Assembly (NCBI GenBank): GCA_001643675.2
Contig: LSRY02000016.1
Location: 1,116,001 to 1,180,000, forward strand
DNA length: 64,000 bases
Direction: 5' to 3'
Source of the DNA: Monocercomonoides exilis PA203
Lineage: Eukaryota; Protista; Preaxostyla
Part shown: in pieces, positions 1 through 11,849 of the stretch
How the letters are laid out: each line of letters starts with the position of its first letter
Numbering within the stretch: the first letter of the stretch is position 1
Position numbers and translations under genes: made by a program
Notes under the pieces: model-generated
The model's input: the letters and a program-made list of their open reading frames with translations, nothing else
Database searches by the model: none
What the model was told of the DNA's origin: nothing

Positions 1-3000
1 TCTTGAAGGATGTTTCATTTCCTGGGTGCGATGCGAGAGAAGGGAAAGAGATCTTCGTTAATGCACATGATCTTTCAGGCGTGATTGACAGAAACTCGAT
101 TAGATTTGATGTTGATTTGAATAACTTTTCAAAACTGAGTGGATTTGAGAGATCAACGCTGAATGAGACATTTGCCATTCCGCTGGTGGTGTATTTGTGG
201 AACAACTTTTCTGCATCAGGATTTGTTGGAGGAGGATCGTCAAGCCATGATTTTTCGATGTGTGGATATGAAGTGTTTCCATGCACCACGATTGCAAAGG
301 CAGCATCTGTTCATTTTGAAGGGAAGAAAAAAGATGTTACTGTTCTTGAGCCATTTGTCTTTGGGGATGAATTGGGATTTGATTCGGAAGAATGGAGCAT
401 CAGAGCAAAGGAGAATGAAATGAAGTGCGGAGTTGCTGATCTGACAGAAGGAGCACAAAGTGGATTGATGGAGAACACAGTCACAACATCTGTAACTGGC
501 ATTGTATTTTCGATATCTCAATCGCTGACATATCATGAAAGCGTGTTTTGTTGTCGTTCAGAGAAGCTCACACTGAGCAAGTGTGGGATGGAAGGAGATG
601 TTGAGGCTATTTCGGCAGTGCTTGTGAAGGCTGTTGGAGGAGTTGTGGAGGTGATTGAGTTTGGATCAGAAAGTGTTGCCAAATGGGGTTTTTCGTTTTT
701 CATTGTTGAAGGAAATTCCGAAAGTGTGCCTTCGATGAATATGACGAACAGCAATTTTGGAGAAATCTCATTTGTTGATGGATGTGTTGTTGCGTGCCAC
801 AACGGAAATATCGAAGAGATATCTGGTTGCACATTTTCATCGATTACACGCTCGAAGGGAAGTGGAGGGTGCATCAGCATTACGAACGAGAACGATAATG
901 ATGGAAGAGATCACAAAGTGGAAATAAATGACTGCACATTCGAAGGATGTGCTGTTGCTGGAGAGGAAGAAGAGTGCGGTGGAGGGGCATTCTTTTTTGA
1001 AGCATCTCCAAAAACGAATCTTGTGGCAAATGAATGCACATTTTATGGTTGCACAGCACCATATGAAGGTGAAGTTGTTGGATATGGTGGAGGAATAATG
1101 CTGAAGATACTGAGAGAAGAAGAGGTTAATGGATGGTTTGTGATATACTCACCTGTTTTTTCACCAAACAAGCCAAACAATGCGAAATATGGGAAGGATC
1201 TATTCATTTCGTCTCCATCGCTTGCCAGCAGCGTCAAGAACGAAACACTTCCATTTGTGAGAGATAGATTGGAGATGCTGACTGAAGACTCTCTGAGAGG
1301 ATATGATGGAGGAAACAGAGAGTGTGCAATCCCGCTGATCTATTTCTGGAAATCTATTGGATCGAGCGTCTATGTTTCACGAGAAGGAAACAACGTGGTT
1401 GTATGTGGATTAGAAGAATATCCGTGCGGATCCGTTGATTATGCGCTCAATAGGGCAAGCAACCTATCTCTTGAAGGGATGGTAATACAGGGGATTTGCG
1501 ATGTGAAGAGGGAAATAAGGTTGCGCAGCATGAAAATGGAAGGAACAAATGACGAATCAGACAAAATCAAATTTGTTCAAGCAATTGAGGGAAATGCAGA
1601 CGTTGTTGTTGAATGCAACGGAGTTACTGAATTTGAAAAAGTGGAGATTTCGATTCCATCATCCTTTGACAATCCAGCAAAAATTTTCATCTGGACAGGT
1701 TCAGATTCAATCAAAGCGAGTCTTGTGTGCTGCTCAATCCATGCATATTCTAATGCTGGAAACAATTTATCCTTTGTTCTGATTTTGGCCGCAAAAGGAA
1801 TTGTTCAGATAGAATCGACAAAGATCACAGAGCTGGGATCGATGCACGAGATAATGAGCATATCAGTTGATTGCAAAGTGTTGATGAAGAATGCAGCATT
1901 CGAAGATATTTCTTTGAATGGAGGAAGTGTTTTTGCTCTGGCCGAAACGCGGATATCTGGAGGTGGAAGCAATGCAGCCGATGAAGGATGGAACGCCATT
2001 CTTGAGCAATGTGCATTCCTGAATGTGAAGCACAGTTCATCGGGAAATCCATCGTTGCTTTGTTGTGGTGAGCAAAATGTTGTGAAATTGAAAATGAATA
2101 ATTCGACAATCCGTGATTGTGGGTCAACAAGCTCGAATGAAGGGGGATCTGTATTCTTTGGACTCAGCGAAGGCGGATTGTTGGAAATCAACCACACAAA
2201 TGTGACAGAATGCTTCTGCTCGAATATTGGGAGAGGAGGAGGGATGTTTTTGAAATCACAAAGTGTCTCGCAGAAGCCATTGCCATTTGTGCTGTCGAAC
2301 ATCACATTCCGAGGGAATGTTGCACTGAAAGGGAGAGATGTGTTTGTGCAGTGCACTGACCTTGACTCTCAGATAAGTGAATCACAATTCCTGATAAATT
2401 TTGGGGAGCCATTTGTGAAGGAACTGGCAATATGGGGATGCACAGCAGACAATTATGAGGATGAAGAGGATCTGTTGGGAAGGGTGTATGTGTTCAGGAG
2501 CGAATTCATATTTGTGTCATCGATTGTGGGGAACAGCAGCGACAGCAAGAATTGTGGGGAGATGAAGAGCGCATGCTCATCGCTGAATGTTGGAGTGAGC
2601 CACATTATCCCGTCTGATTATTCTCAGCTGTTTATCTGGAATGAAACAACTTTAACAGGCTCGTGCTCTGCTCAAAAGGTGACGATCAAGTCAATGGAAT
2701 CGAATAGGAATGCCGAGATAAAAGTGAGTGAGGTTGAGTTGGTAGGGGAGGAAGTTGTGAGAACTTCGGAATCTGTTCGATTTGAGAGAGTGTCACTTGT
2801 TTTTGATGGAATGTGTAACATTGCCTGCTCGTGCTTAATACGCCAATTGAATGGATTTCTCTTTTTGGGATCTGTTTCATTTCTGGCTGAGCGTGGATCA
2901 CTTTGGAATTCACAGAACAATTTAGATTTTTCATTGTTAACTGTTGAGGATGGACTGCTCGAGGGAAGCGAGTGCAGCATATGCAGCTTGCAATTAGCAA

Positions 3001-3676
3001 AGTCAGCGTTTCGTGTGTTGACTTCTGAAAGCGTAAAGTTTCAAGGTCTCACAATCAGCAATGTTCAATGCCTGAGCTCAGTGATAGAGTGTGGTATTAG
3101 CCAGAGTGTTAGTATTTCCAAATTGAAAGCAGAAAATACAACTCTGCAAAATGGTTGTGTGATTTCTTCGAAAGAGAGCTCTTCTTTGCTTTTTTCATTG
3201 TCGTTATCATCATTTGCGAACATCAGCCGATCATCATCTGGACCAAGCGTTATTTTCACGTCTCACGCAAAGTCTGCCTCTGAAATGTTCAACTGTTCAT
3301 TTTGCGAATGCGCATCAGCATCTGCGAAAGGGAGTCAAGTGGCAATGGTCTCTGCCGATGAGATGATGGTCGATCAGTGCAAGTTTGAAGGGAATCTTGC
3401 TGGTGGTTCAGAGGAAATGAATGTTGCTGAAGAGGGCATCTGCGAATGGAACGGCTCTGTTGTTGATTTCTCTGATTGTGTCACTGAGATAAGAGACACA
3501 ACAGTTTGCGACTCCTCGAAAGGCGGGTTGACAGCGAGTGGCGGTGCTGTGACGATTGAAGCATGCAATTTCAACAACAATAATCCATCTATTTTGCACT
3601 ATCCATCGGTAAGACGGAACATCATTTGCTCAGATTTTGGGGTTGTAAATGTGATGAGTGTGAAAGGAGGAGATGG
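1..3676 (+). repeat. Near-identical duplicated ectodomain block, copy 1 (copy 2 at 37513-41188)
   Basis: Constant offset of 37512 with no net indel; the same antisense ORFs recur in both copies. Identity ends after ...GTGAAAGGAGGAGATGG. Confidence 0.97.
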
Positions 3677-5462
3677 GCTGCTGCCAAACACATCATTATG
3701 GATCTTGAATAATGAATGCACGATGAAAGGGATTGCTGGAGAGAGGCCTTCTCCTTTGTTCATCCCCACAATAGAATCAGCAAAGATAGATAAGAAAGGA
3801 GACGAAGTTAGATTGTATGTGAAAGGCACATTGTTGCTTCCTTGCAACGTGGGTTTGAAGTTGAGTCTGAGGAATGGAGACGAAGAGCGTGTGGAAAAAT
3901 ATGATTTTGATGAATTTGTGAACGAGAGTGTGATAGCTGCAGATATTTCAAGCTCAACTATTGGAGAAGAAGAAAATGCAGAAGCATCTGTTTCTCTTCT
4001 TTTCGGTAATGAGAAACACAAATGCGAAACGCAACATTTTATTCTGAAGAACAGGAGTGTAGCCCAAACAAGTGGAGATGAAAAGATTGTCGAAGGTGGA
4101 AAGAAAGAAAAATCATTTTGGCCAATTATTGTGATTGTGTGTGTTGTATTTGTTGTGCTTCTGCTTGTAATTGTTGTTATTCTGGCTGTTCGGTGGAAGA
4201 AAGCAAAGAACGAAGCAGAAGATCTGAGAGAGATTGTGAATGACAACATCAGAAAGGATCCAAAGGCGTTTGAGATGGTGACGATGGAGATGTCACCTGA
4301 GGAGCAGTGGATGAGAGCAGAGAGAGAGGCCGAGAAAAAGAATGAAGAGAGGATCAAGAAGAGAATATATGATACGAATATGCAACACTCTGAATCATCA
4401 GAGCATCTTCTGTCCGAGAGTGACTCCACCGAATACATTTTGGGGAGAGATTCAGACAAGATTCCAGAATGGGCACTGGAGAAAGATGAGGAAGAAGAGG
4501 AAGATACAAGAAAGAGAACACCTTCACCTTCCATCTCTTCCACATCCACAACTGATTCAGATTCAACATTTGTTCGGGGAGAGGATCTGTGTCCCACCAC
4601 CTCATCAATGTCGAACTTGGTGGATGCAATGGCCTGCTCATCCCCTCATGAGAAGCTGATTGTGGATCTGAGAGATTCGCTGTTCATGCTGCTTCATGGA
4701 AGGAACGAGAAGAAAGAAATGGCGATTGGGAGTTTGAAGGAGAGGAAGCAGACAGCTGCACAGATCCTGTTCTGGGTGGCCAATCTTGCGCTCCACTCCT
4801 TTGACGAAATGGAAAATGAGCTTTCCTCTTTGGCCAATCTCAGTCCCCACATCGTGCTGTTCTCAGAACACATGGTCATCTGCATTGCCCTCCACTCCGA
4901 CTGCTCGTCAGACTCTGACACTTCCTCCATCTCTTCAACCTCTACCATTGCCACATCTTCCTCTGATGTTTCTGTGAAGAGCGAGAGATTCACAAAATCA
5001 CCTCCTCCTTCATCTGCCTTTGAGGATGAGGATGACAACAGAAAAGAGTGCATGAGGTGGAAGGCGCCAGAGCTGCTGATGAGCAAGAAGATGAGAGCAA
5101 CAAAGGAGTCGGTTGCCTTCTCGATTGGGATGATGTTGTGGGAGTGCCTTACGCTCCAGATCCCATTTGGGGAGTATCCAGCAGAGGTGGCAGGGCAGAA
5201 GATTGTGAATGGAGAACGACCTATCATGGGAATTACCGAAAAGAACCCATTTTCTGGCTGCATTCTGTCGTGCCTGGACAGCAATGCCCCGGCAAGGCCA
5301 ACACTTGTCGGCCTCAAGCGCGAGTTCATCCAGCACTTTCCTGCAGGCGCAGCTGTGCTCACGATGTCTGATGCAATTGGCTACGCTTATTCGAGCAGCA
5401 GCGGCAGTCGGTGCAAGGCTTCTGGGGCAGAGTCCGAAGGGAGCGACTCTGGAAGTGTTTAA
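1..5462 (+). CDS. Giant type-I membrane protein, 5'-truncated by the window edge: Cys/Gly-rich beta-helix-like ectodomain modules, one TM helix, cytoplasmic TKL/tyrosine-kinase-like pseudokinase C-lobe
   Basis: 1819-aa open frame running off the window start. Repeated CG-x4-(P/A)C and GGG/G-x-D-x-F motifs. TM helix FWPIIVIVCVVFVVLLLVIVVILAV followed by RWKK. C-terminal kinase subdomain VIII-XI motifs (MRWKAPE, FSIGMMLWECLTLQIPFG, ERP, CL..RP) without HRD or DFG. Confidence 0.85.
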   Translation, partial: LKDVSFPGCDAREGKEIFVNAHDLSGVIDRNSIRFDVDLNNFSKLSGFERSTLNETFAIPLVVYLWNNFSASGFVGGGSSSHDFSMCGYEVFPCTTIAKAASVHFEGKKKDVTVLEPFVFGDELGFDSEEWSIRAKENEMKCGVADLTEGAQSGLMENTVTTSVTGIVFSISQSLTYHESVFCCRSEKLTLSKCGMEGDVEAISAVLVKAVGGVVEVIEFGSESVAKWGFSFFIVEGNSESVPSMNMTNSNFGEISFVDGCVVACHNGNIEEISGCTFSSITRSKGSGGCISITNENDNDGRDHKVEINDCTFEGCAVAGEEEECGGGAFFFEASPKTNLVANECTFYGCTAPYEGEVVGYGGGIMLKILREEEVNGWFVIYSPVFSPNKPNNAKYGKDLFISSPSLASSVKNETLPFVRDRLEMLTEDSLRGYDGGNRECAIPLIYFWKSIGSSVYVSREGNNVVVCGLEEYPCGSVDYALNRASNLSLEGMVIQGICDVKREIRLRSMKMEGTNDESDKIKFVQAIEGNADVVVECNGVTEFEKVEISIPSSFDNPAKIFIWTGSDSIKASLVCCSIHAYSNAGNNLSFVLILAAKGIVQIESTKITELGSMHEIMSISVDCKVLMKNAAFEDISLNGGSVFALAETRISGGGSNAADEGWNAILEQCAFLNVKHSSSGNPSLLCCGEQNVVKLKMNNSTIRDCGSTSSNEGGSVFFGLSEGGLLEINHTNVTECFCSNIGRGGGMFLKSQSVSQKPLPFVLSNITFRGNVALKGRDVFVQCTDLDSQISESQFLINFGEPFVKELAIWGCTADNYEDEEDLLGRVYVFRSEFIFVSSIVGNSSDSKNCGEMKSACSSLNVGVSHIIPSDYSQLFIWNETTLTGSCSAQKVTIKSMESNRNAEIKVSEVELVGEEVVRTSESVRFERVSLVFDGMCNIACSCLIRQLNGFLFLGSVSFLAERGSLWNSQNNLDFSLLTVEDGLLEGSECSICSLQLAKSAFRVLTSESVKFQGLTISNVQCLSSVIECGISQSVSISKLKAENTTLQNGCVISSKESSSLLFSLSLSSFANISRSSSGPSVIFTSHAKSASEMFNCSFCECASASAKGSQVAMVSADEMMVDQCKFEGNLAGGSEEMNVAEEGICEWNGSVVDFSDCVTEIRDTTVCDSSKGGLTASGGAVTIEACNFNNNNPSILHYPSVRRNIICSDFGVVNVMSVKGGDGLLPNTSLWILNNECTMKGIAGERPSPLFIPTIESAKIDKKGDEVRLYVKGTLLLPCNVGLKLSLRNGDEERVEKYDFDEFVNESVIAADISSSTIGEEENAEASVSLLFGNEKHKCETQHFILKNRSVAQTSGDEKIVEGGKKEKSFWPIIVIVCVVFVVLLLVIVVILAVRWKKAKNEAEDLREIVNDNIRKDPKAFEMVTMEMSPEEQWMRAEREAEKKNEERIKKRIYDTNMQHSESSEHLLSESDSTEYILGRDSDKIPEWALEKDEEEEEDTRKRTPSPSISSTSTTDSDSTFVRGEDLCPTTSSMSNLVDAMACSSPHEKLIVDLRDSLFMLLHGRNEKKEMAIGSLKERKQTAAQILFWVANLALHSFDEMENELSSLANLSPHIVLFSEHMVICIALHSDCSSDSDTSSISSTSTIATSSSDVSVKSERFTKSPPPSSAFEDEDDNRKECMRWKAPELLMSKKMRATKESVAFSIGMMLWECLTLQIPFGEYPAEVAGQKIVNGERPIMGITEKNPFSGCILSCLDSNAPARPTLVGLKREFIQHFPAGAAVLTMSDAIGYAYSSSSGSRCKASGAESEGSDSGSV

Positions 5463-7175
5463 TAAAAATTGCATTTCGGCAAAAGGATTGCAAAGTGCAA
5501 ATGGAATCTGGGGCATTTATCAGGAACGGCAATGGAATTTTCATTTGCAATATGTATATATACTCCATTAACAGGGGTGTGAGTAGTTGTGTTGCTGCTT
5601 TTGTTGGGTGTGACAAGAGGCGTTTTGCACCATTTTCAAAGCAAAAATGGAACTTTTCTTTTTTTCATGTTTATTTGTTCGTTTTCTGTTTATGATTCTT
5701 ATGGCTTGAAAGCCCGCACCAGCAAAAGCATGGAACATTTCTCTGTGGCGTTATAAATAGAATATGCGCTGCTCTCTGAGAAATTTTTTAAGAATAAAGT
5801 ATTATTTTCAAAGATATTGAAAATTCATCAAATTTCAATCAAACTCTTTTTGTTTTGCAAGAATATGAAAAGCAGTGCTTTAAAAGCCTTCATCGCAGGA
5901 TATTTCCTTTTCGAGCAAATATTATTATTTGTCATTATCAAAGCACATGTTCAATTTTCAATTCAGAGAAGCTCGGATACGATGGCGTCGCTTGCAATCA
6001 AGATCACAAATAAAATCATTTCTTTTGGTTGATGAAATGTCGTTTTATTTTCTACGCTTTTCTCGTTGGTTGTCATCGTATAAAAATCGTAAGGTAATCA
6101 ATAATCATCTTAGAATGGGAATTATTTAATTTTACAAATATATTTTTAAAATGAAATCAATAAATTGTAGAAATCGATAGAATAAGATAATGTCATAAAA
6201 ACTGATAAACAAAATATCAAAAACAGATTCTTTTTATTTTTATTTCTTTAAAAGGTGATTTTTATTTTATTTTCTTGAAAAAGAGAATTTGAAATCATTG
6301 ACATCAAAATTTTTTCCAAAAATTGAGAAGTGGTGAAAGTGTTCAAATTTGACGCATGCTATAATTTAATTGTTTTAAACTGTCAGTTTATTCGTCGAAC
6401 GTTATGGACTGCATTGAATCCGATGAAAAATATTTTCTTGAGAAACAAATGAGATATTCAATTTTAATTTGAAAAAGGAGAATATTATTTGGCAAAAGGG
6501 GATTATACGGCCAGTAATGATTTTTTTCTTGAAAATATCTAAAACTGTATTGAAACCGAGCTTGACGTACTCGTTAGATAAGGTCAGTTGTTAAATTATT
6601 TTTAAAAAATTTATTTATCTTCCAACATTATCAATCTTTCAGAGATAATAATCTTCGATCAAGCCCATCATTTAATTTTGTCATGTTTTCTTTTTTTTTT
6701 TTTTTTTTTTTTTTTTCAATTAACTATTTTTTACAACAGAACTCTATGAATTAGGGTTAACCCGAAAAGAAATTTCATTTTTTCTTCATTTATAAAGACA
6801 TTAGGGCTTCAATACGAAAATTAATTTTTTATCATTATTCAAAAATTGAAAAAATTAAAAATTTCTTTCTTTGAATAATTGATGATAAAAATAGACTTTA
6901 TCTTCATTGAACTGATGATTTTCTGGAAGGAATATGAAAAAGAAATCGTTATGATATGAATTTTTCACTGGTCGTATCATACCCATTTGCCTATTATTTA
7001 TGTCAAGGACCACACACAAAAAAAAAAAATAATTCAAATTCGAAAATTAATATCTTTATTTCGAAAAAAAACTTTTTTAACTGAACTTTTTTTTCTTGAT
7101 GACTGATTTCGAAAAATAAAAAAAAATTTTGAAATTCAATAAGAAACAAACAAGTCAAGATTTCACACTGAAAAA

Positions 7176-7206
<31 letters not shown>

Positions 7207-7552
7207 AATATTGTTATTTTGAAAAAGAACAAAGTTTGGAGATCAACTCAAAGATGAATTTCACAATGAAATTTATTTACTGCTTCACTTTTATCTGAAA
7301 CATATGTTTCGGCGATAATTGAAATGCATTGAACATTTCAGTATGTATTAACTTACTAATGATTTGAAACTTCAACTGTTTATTCACCGAAAAAAATATT
7401 TGATTTGAAGCGTGATTGCCCACAATATAAAATACTAATTTTTTATTTGATTTCATCAGAAATACATCAACCTTATATTTGAAAAATGAAATTCTCTCAT
7501 TTTTGGATAAACTTGAAAATAAATAAATGAATAAGAGCGATTATTTTTGATA

Positions 7553-7586
7553 TGGGGGAAAATACGGACTTTCAAGCTTTTTTTTT
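7553..7586 (-). repeat. Truncated terminus of MITE family A
   Basis: TA|TGGGGGAAAATACGGACTTTCAAGCTTTTT is the reverse complement of the family A 3' end. Confidence 0.7.
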
Positions 7587-7608
7587 ATTTTATTTTTATT
7601 TTTTTATT

Positions 7609-7878
7609 TGGGGCTAAATATTTCACTTCAGGCATTTTCATTGAAAAGTTATGCACTTTTCATTGACTTTTTGAGATAAAAAAACACAATAAAATTGGGT
7701 CCATTTTTGACATTCATAAAATGTTTCAATTCCTCATGTTTTGATTTCAATGATGCCTGTTTGTAGAGATGAAAATCATATTTGTAATGAAATCTGAGAA
7801 AGCGAAAATAAAGTTTTGAGTGAAGCAATTTTTTAATGCCTAGTGCAAAAAAAGATTGAAAGTCCGAATTTTCCTCCA
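7609..7878 (+). mobile_element. MITE family A copy (~270 bp)
   Basis: Starts TGGGGCTAAATATTTCACTTCAGGCATTTTCATTGAAAA and ends AAAGATTGAAAGTCCGAATTTTCCTCCA. Homologous to copies at 11580, 29207, 44654 and 46146. Confidence 0.85.
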
Positions 7879-7999
7879 ACTGTGAAAAAATAACATGTGA
7901 ATAAATTCATTTATTTCGATAACGTGAACAACAGTTAGTTAATACAAAAATTTTAATTATAAGAATAATAATAATAACTGATTATTTCGAAGTTTCATT

Positions 8000-8024
8000 G
8001 ATGTCCTTCCAGTTTCATTATGTC
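8000..8024. repeat. Orphan Merlin-type TIR
   Basis: GATGTCCTTCCAGTTTCATTATGTC matches the right TIR (15018-15042) of the Merlin element and the reverse complement of its left TIR. Confidence 0.6.
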
Positions 8025-8965
8025 TGAAAAATAAAAAAATAACAATAAATATTCAAATCTGGATTATCGAAAATATTACCGAATGTTGTTATTTGCGTTG
8101 TACTCACATCCTGTTTTGGTTGAATCTTATTTATTTGGAAACTGAAAAGATTCAGCAAAACCCGATGAAATACAGACTGTTTGGAAAAACACTTGCTATT
8201 TCAATGTAGTTTTTTCTAAATGATAATTCTGAAGAATGATTCTTTTTTTTTAACTTTTTGTGTTAGTTTTTTTGATTTTGTTGTTTATGTTGAAGAACAA
8301 TTTGATAAAACAATTTATCATTTCCAGAAAACTTTTTTTGTCAAATAGTCTGTTGAAAAATTCATTTTTTCTGAAAGCGCATCAAAAAATAAGAATTCCA
8401 ATTATGAGGGTGTTAAAATGAATAAATAAATATTTTCTTTTTCTAATGAATAAATTTTTTTTTCAAATAAGCGTTCAATACAAATGTTTAAGCTTTCCAC
8501 TTCTTTTTTTCAGTGTTGAGATGAGCTATCAAATCGAATTATGAAACCGAAACAAAAAAATAATGAACATAATAGATTTTATTCATTTGGTGTTTTTTTT
8601 AAAAGAAGAAGAATCTTCAATGTGTGAAACATGTTATGAAATATAAGAAATGTTATCTTTTTCTTAAAAGAAATTAGACATCTGCGACATGACAAAAGAA
8701 AATTAAAACAATGACAAAATGACTGAAAAGACATTTACGATTTGTCAAAAATGGTTATTTAAAACGATTTCACAATTCTGTATTGCAATAATAATTGATT
8801 TGAAAATTAACGTATAACAATTCTTATAATCTTAAAAAAAATCAAATTTTTAATTATAATAATCAAGTTCCTTATGTATATTTTTTTGTCCAGGAAATCT
8901 CAGTTGAAGAATATTTTTGTCACAATTTGTCATAAACCGTCACTAACAAAAGAGTGAAAGAAATT

Positions 8966-9223
8966 TGGGTGATTAATTTTGATATCATATTTTTCCATTC
9001 AAAGAATCCCGTTCGATAATATTTCTTGAATATCAACAAAAGAATGCTGTAAAGCGAAAAGGCTTAGAAAAAAATATCATTTTCTTTATTTGAGCTTTAA
9101 CATTTGCTTTGATTACAGTTGTGATAATTCAACAATTTTAATACAAATCCTTTTCCCAATGACAAACAATGTTTGAAAAATCGACACCCCGAAAAAAGTT
9201 ATGATATAAAAAATAATTATACA
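8966..9223 (+). mobile_element. MITE family B copy (~255 bp)
   Basis: TGGGTGATTAATTTT...GACACCCCGAAAAAA...AAAAATAATTATACA|TA. Homologous to 63447-63700 and, inverted, to 33135-33393. Confidence 0.75.
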
Positions 9224-9684
9224 TAAATTTCTTTTTCGATCATCAATTCTTTTCCAAAGTTTTTAATGAAGCTTTCTAAAGATTTTGATATCGTTTGGAT
9301 TATTTTGTTTCAATTTTATAAAATTTATAAATCCTTTTTTTGTGATGGACGAGGCTCCAAGTAATTTATCAGGTCACAGAGGTTTTAAAGAAATGTTTTT
9401 TGTCTGATTTTCATAACACAATATTTTAGTGATTGGCTAATTGTTTATATAATTACACATTCGCTTGAAATCAGATTTTATAATTATTTTTGAAAATGAA
9501 AAAAGTCTTTTTTTGTTATTATATGAACGTCAATACAGGTGTTCACAGGTTTTGTTAATTGATAATACTTTTTGTTTTATAAAAACAAAGAAAAATAAAA
9601 ATTTGATGAATATTTTGTTTATTCTATCAAGTTTTTTTTTGAAATGCTCCATGAAATATGAATGAAAAAAACACATTAACATAT

Positions 9685-10950
9685 CTATTGTTCACCAAGA
9701 ATTGTTTTTTGTGGAAGTCCAAAATAAACTGGCATTCTGTCAATGTTCATTATTCCCCATTCACCTCCCTTTGTTTGTCTTGTTTTTCTTGTGCATGAAA
9801 GCGGCAATGATTTGTTGTCCAATTTCACAATTTCGATCACTTTTTGGAAGCTTTCTTCGAAAATCTGAGCTGTTGAAGGAGTTTTATGAAAATCATTCAC
9901 AAGTCTTCTTTCTTTAAATGTAAAAAGAATATTTATCGATGAAGAAACTTGCAATAATACTTTCATTCCAACCCACAAAAGTTGTTGCACGCTGTCGTGT
10001 GTTGAACCCGACATAACCTGTTGGATTTGAAGCTTGCAAAGCGAAAAAATTAATAAATCCTTTGACTGCAACAAGTGTGTTGTATTCGGAGGGAAAACCA
10101 AAAGCAAAATATTTTCATTAGCAAGACGAGTCAATACATTATCCAATAGGTAGATTCTGCAGCCATCAAGAATCAGCACTGCCTGTGCGTGTTTATCTAG
10201 TAAAATCATTCTTTTCATGTTGACATGAGGAATGAAAACTTTCTCAATCCAGTTTTCAAACAACTCCTTTGTGAAATATGACGAATTTCCGATTTCCACA
10301 CAACCATGAATTCCGGCTTGATAGCCTAGAGACCGAAGGGATCTTGCGTTAAACGGTTATTGCACCAGAAAACAAGGAGGAACAAAAGTTCCATCAAGTG
10401 AAATGCAGTGGAGCAATGATTTTCTTTTTTCTCCTCTCTCAACAGGCGTGTGATCCATTTCACGATTTTCATTTGTTCCCACGATCAGATTTATCTTCCT
10501 TGAATCTTCATGGGAATGATAACCTGAGTCATTAGCACAGAAAATCATGGATGAATATTTTCCACCAACATATTAAGAAAAATGATTTTCTCATGAAATA
10601 ATGCTTTGTACAAATATTATCATTCATTTTTCGTTTCTCACGCTTGAATGGACGATCATTAATTCCTCGCTATGCCTTTTTTTTGAAAGAAGATTGAAAA
10701 TTGTTAGAAAGCTATTGATGACAAGCTTTCGCAACAACGGCTCTTAGCGTTTTTGGTGTGATTTGCTTTCTTTTATCTCTCAATTTTTTTTAGTATTTCC
10801 ATGACTCGTTTTTCTTGCTTTCGAGTCATCAACATATTCTTTTTCTCAATAACCTTTTTCCTTTTGTATCCTGTTCGACTCTGGCAGACAAGGCTCGGTG
10901 TGCAGTTGAGTACCATTGCAATTCGCACCCATGAAGAAATTTAAACTTTC
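9685..10950 (-). pseudogene. pogo/Tigger-like DDE_1 transposase, fragmented
   Basis: Fragments CANDSG, CISLDGTFVPP, FENWIEKVFIPH, VLILDG and FPPNTTHLLQSKD are split across frames. The upstream boundary is approximate. Confidence 0.8.
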
Positions 10951-11579
10951 GTCATTTTTCAGGCGTTGAAGATGGAACGAATAAAAGATTCTTTCATTTT
11001 TGAAGTGTTTCGAGATAAGAAGGATGAAATGAAGTGAAAGTCATATTTTAAAAAAGTGTCCTATCAAAACTGTTTCAAATGAAGAAACACTTAAAGTTAA
11101 ATAATACAAACGGCATTTCTAATTTAAAGATTGTCAAATATATTTAACTGAAACAGCCATAATAATTAATGAATTGCTGTTGTTGTTAATATTTAAAATA
11201 TAACATGAATGGTGAGTGACTGTGAATAAAACATTCTGTTTATCATTTCGGAATCACATTTTTTTTTCAATTTTTATTGAAATTGCTATTAATTAAATTT
11301 TTTCTTTAACGAAAGAATGACTTCGATGATAGTCAGCCATTTTTTCAATGAAAGAAACAAAAATGACTTTTATAATATGGATTAAACTCAGACTTTTGAG
11401 CTGTGAAGCAAAAGGCACACAAACAATGCAATATTTCTAACATTATTTAACAAACTCTGATAATATTATATGGTACATATTTAATCTTGACCTCAAAAAT
11501 TAATCTCAACCTTTTTTTTTTGAAACTTTCTGATGCTTTTTTCGAGCTTGGTTAAGGTGTGAAACTAAAAATAAATAGA

Positions 11580-11849
11580 TGGGACAAAATATATAACTAC
11601 AAGAATTTTCATCGAAAAATTATGCACTGTTCATTGACTTTTTGTGATCAAAATATTTGAAAAAAACAGGATTATTTTTTGAAATACATGTGAGGTCGCA
11701 AAACATAATGTTATTATATCAATGATGTTTGCTTACAGTAATGATAATCAAATTTATTTTGAAATCTGGTTAAGTTTAAAAATGTTATTAGAAAAACATT
11801 TTTTTCATGCTTTGTGCATAAAAAGCTTGAAAGTCCGTATTTTCCCGCA
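11580..11849 (+). mobile_element. MITE family A copy
   Basis: Shares GAAAAATTATGCAC, CATGTGAGGTC, CAATGATGTTTG and the end AAAAGCTTGAAAGTCCGTATTTTCCC with the other copies. Confidence 0.85.

Noticed and set aside
100-5695. Many short antisense or overlapping ORFs over the giant genes (also 34582-42506)
   Set aside because: Shadow frames of the real CDS; they recur only because the DNA is duplicated.
7553-7878. A single element with near-perfect TIRs
   Set aside because: Better explained as a truncated inverted family A end next to a full copy starting at 7609.
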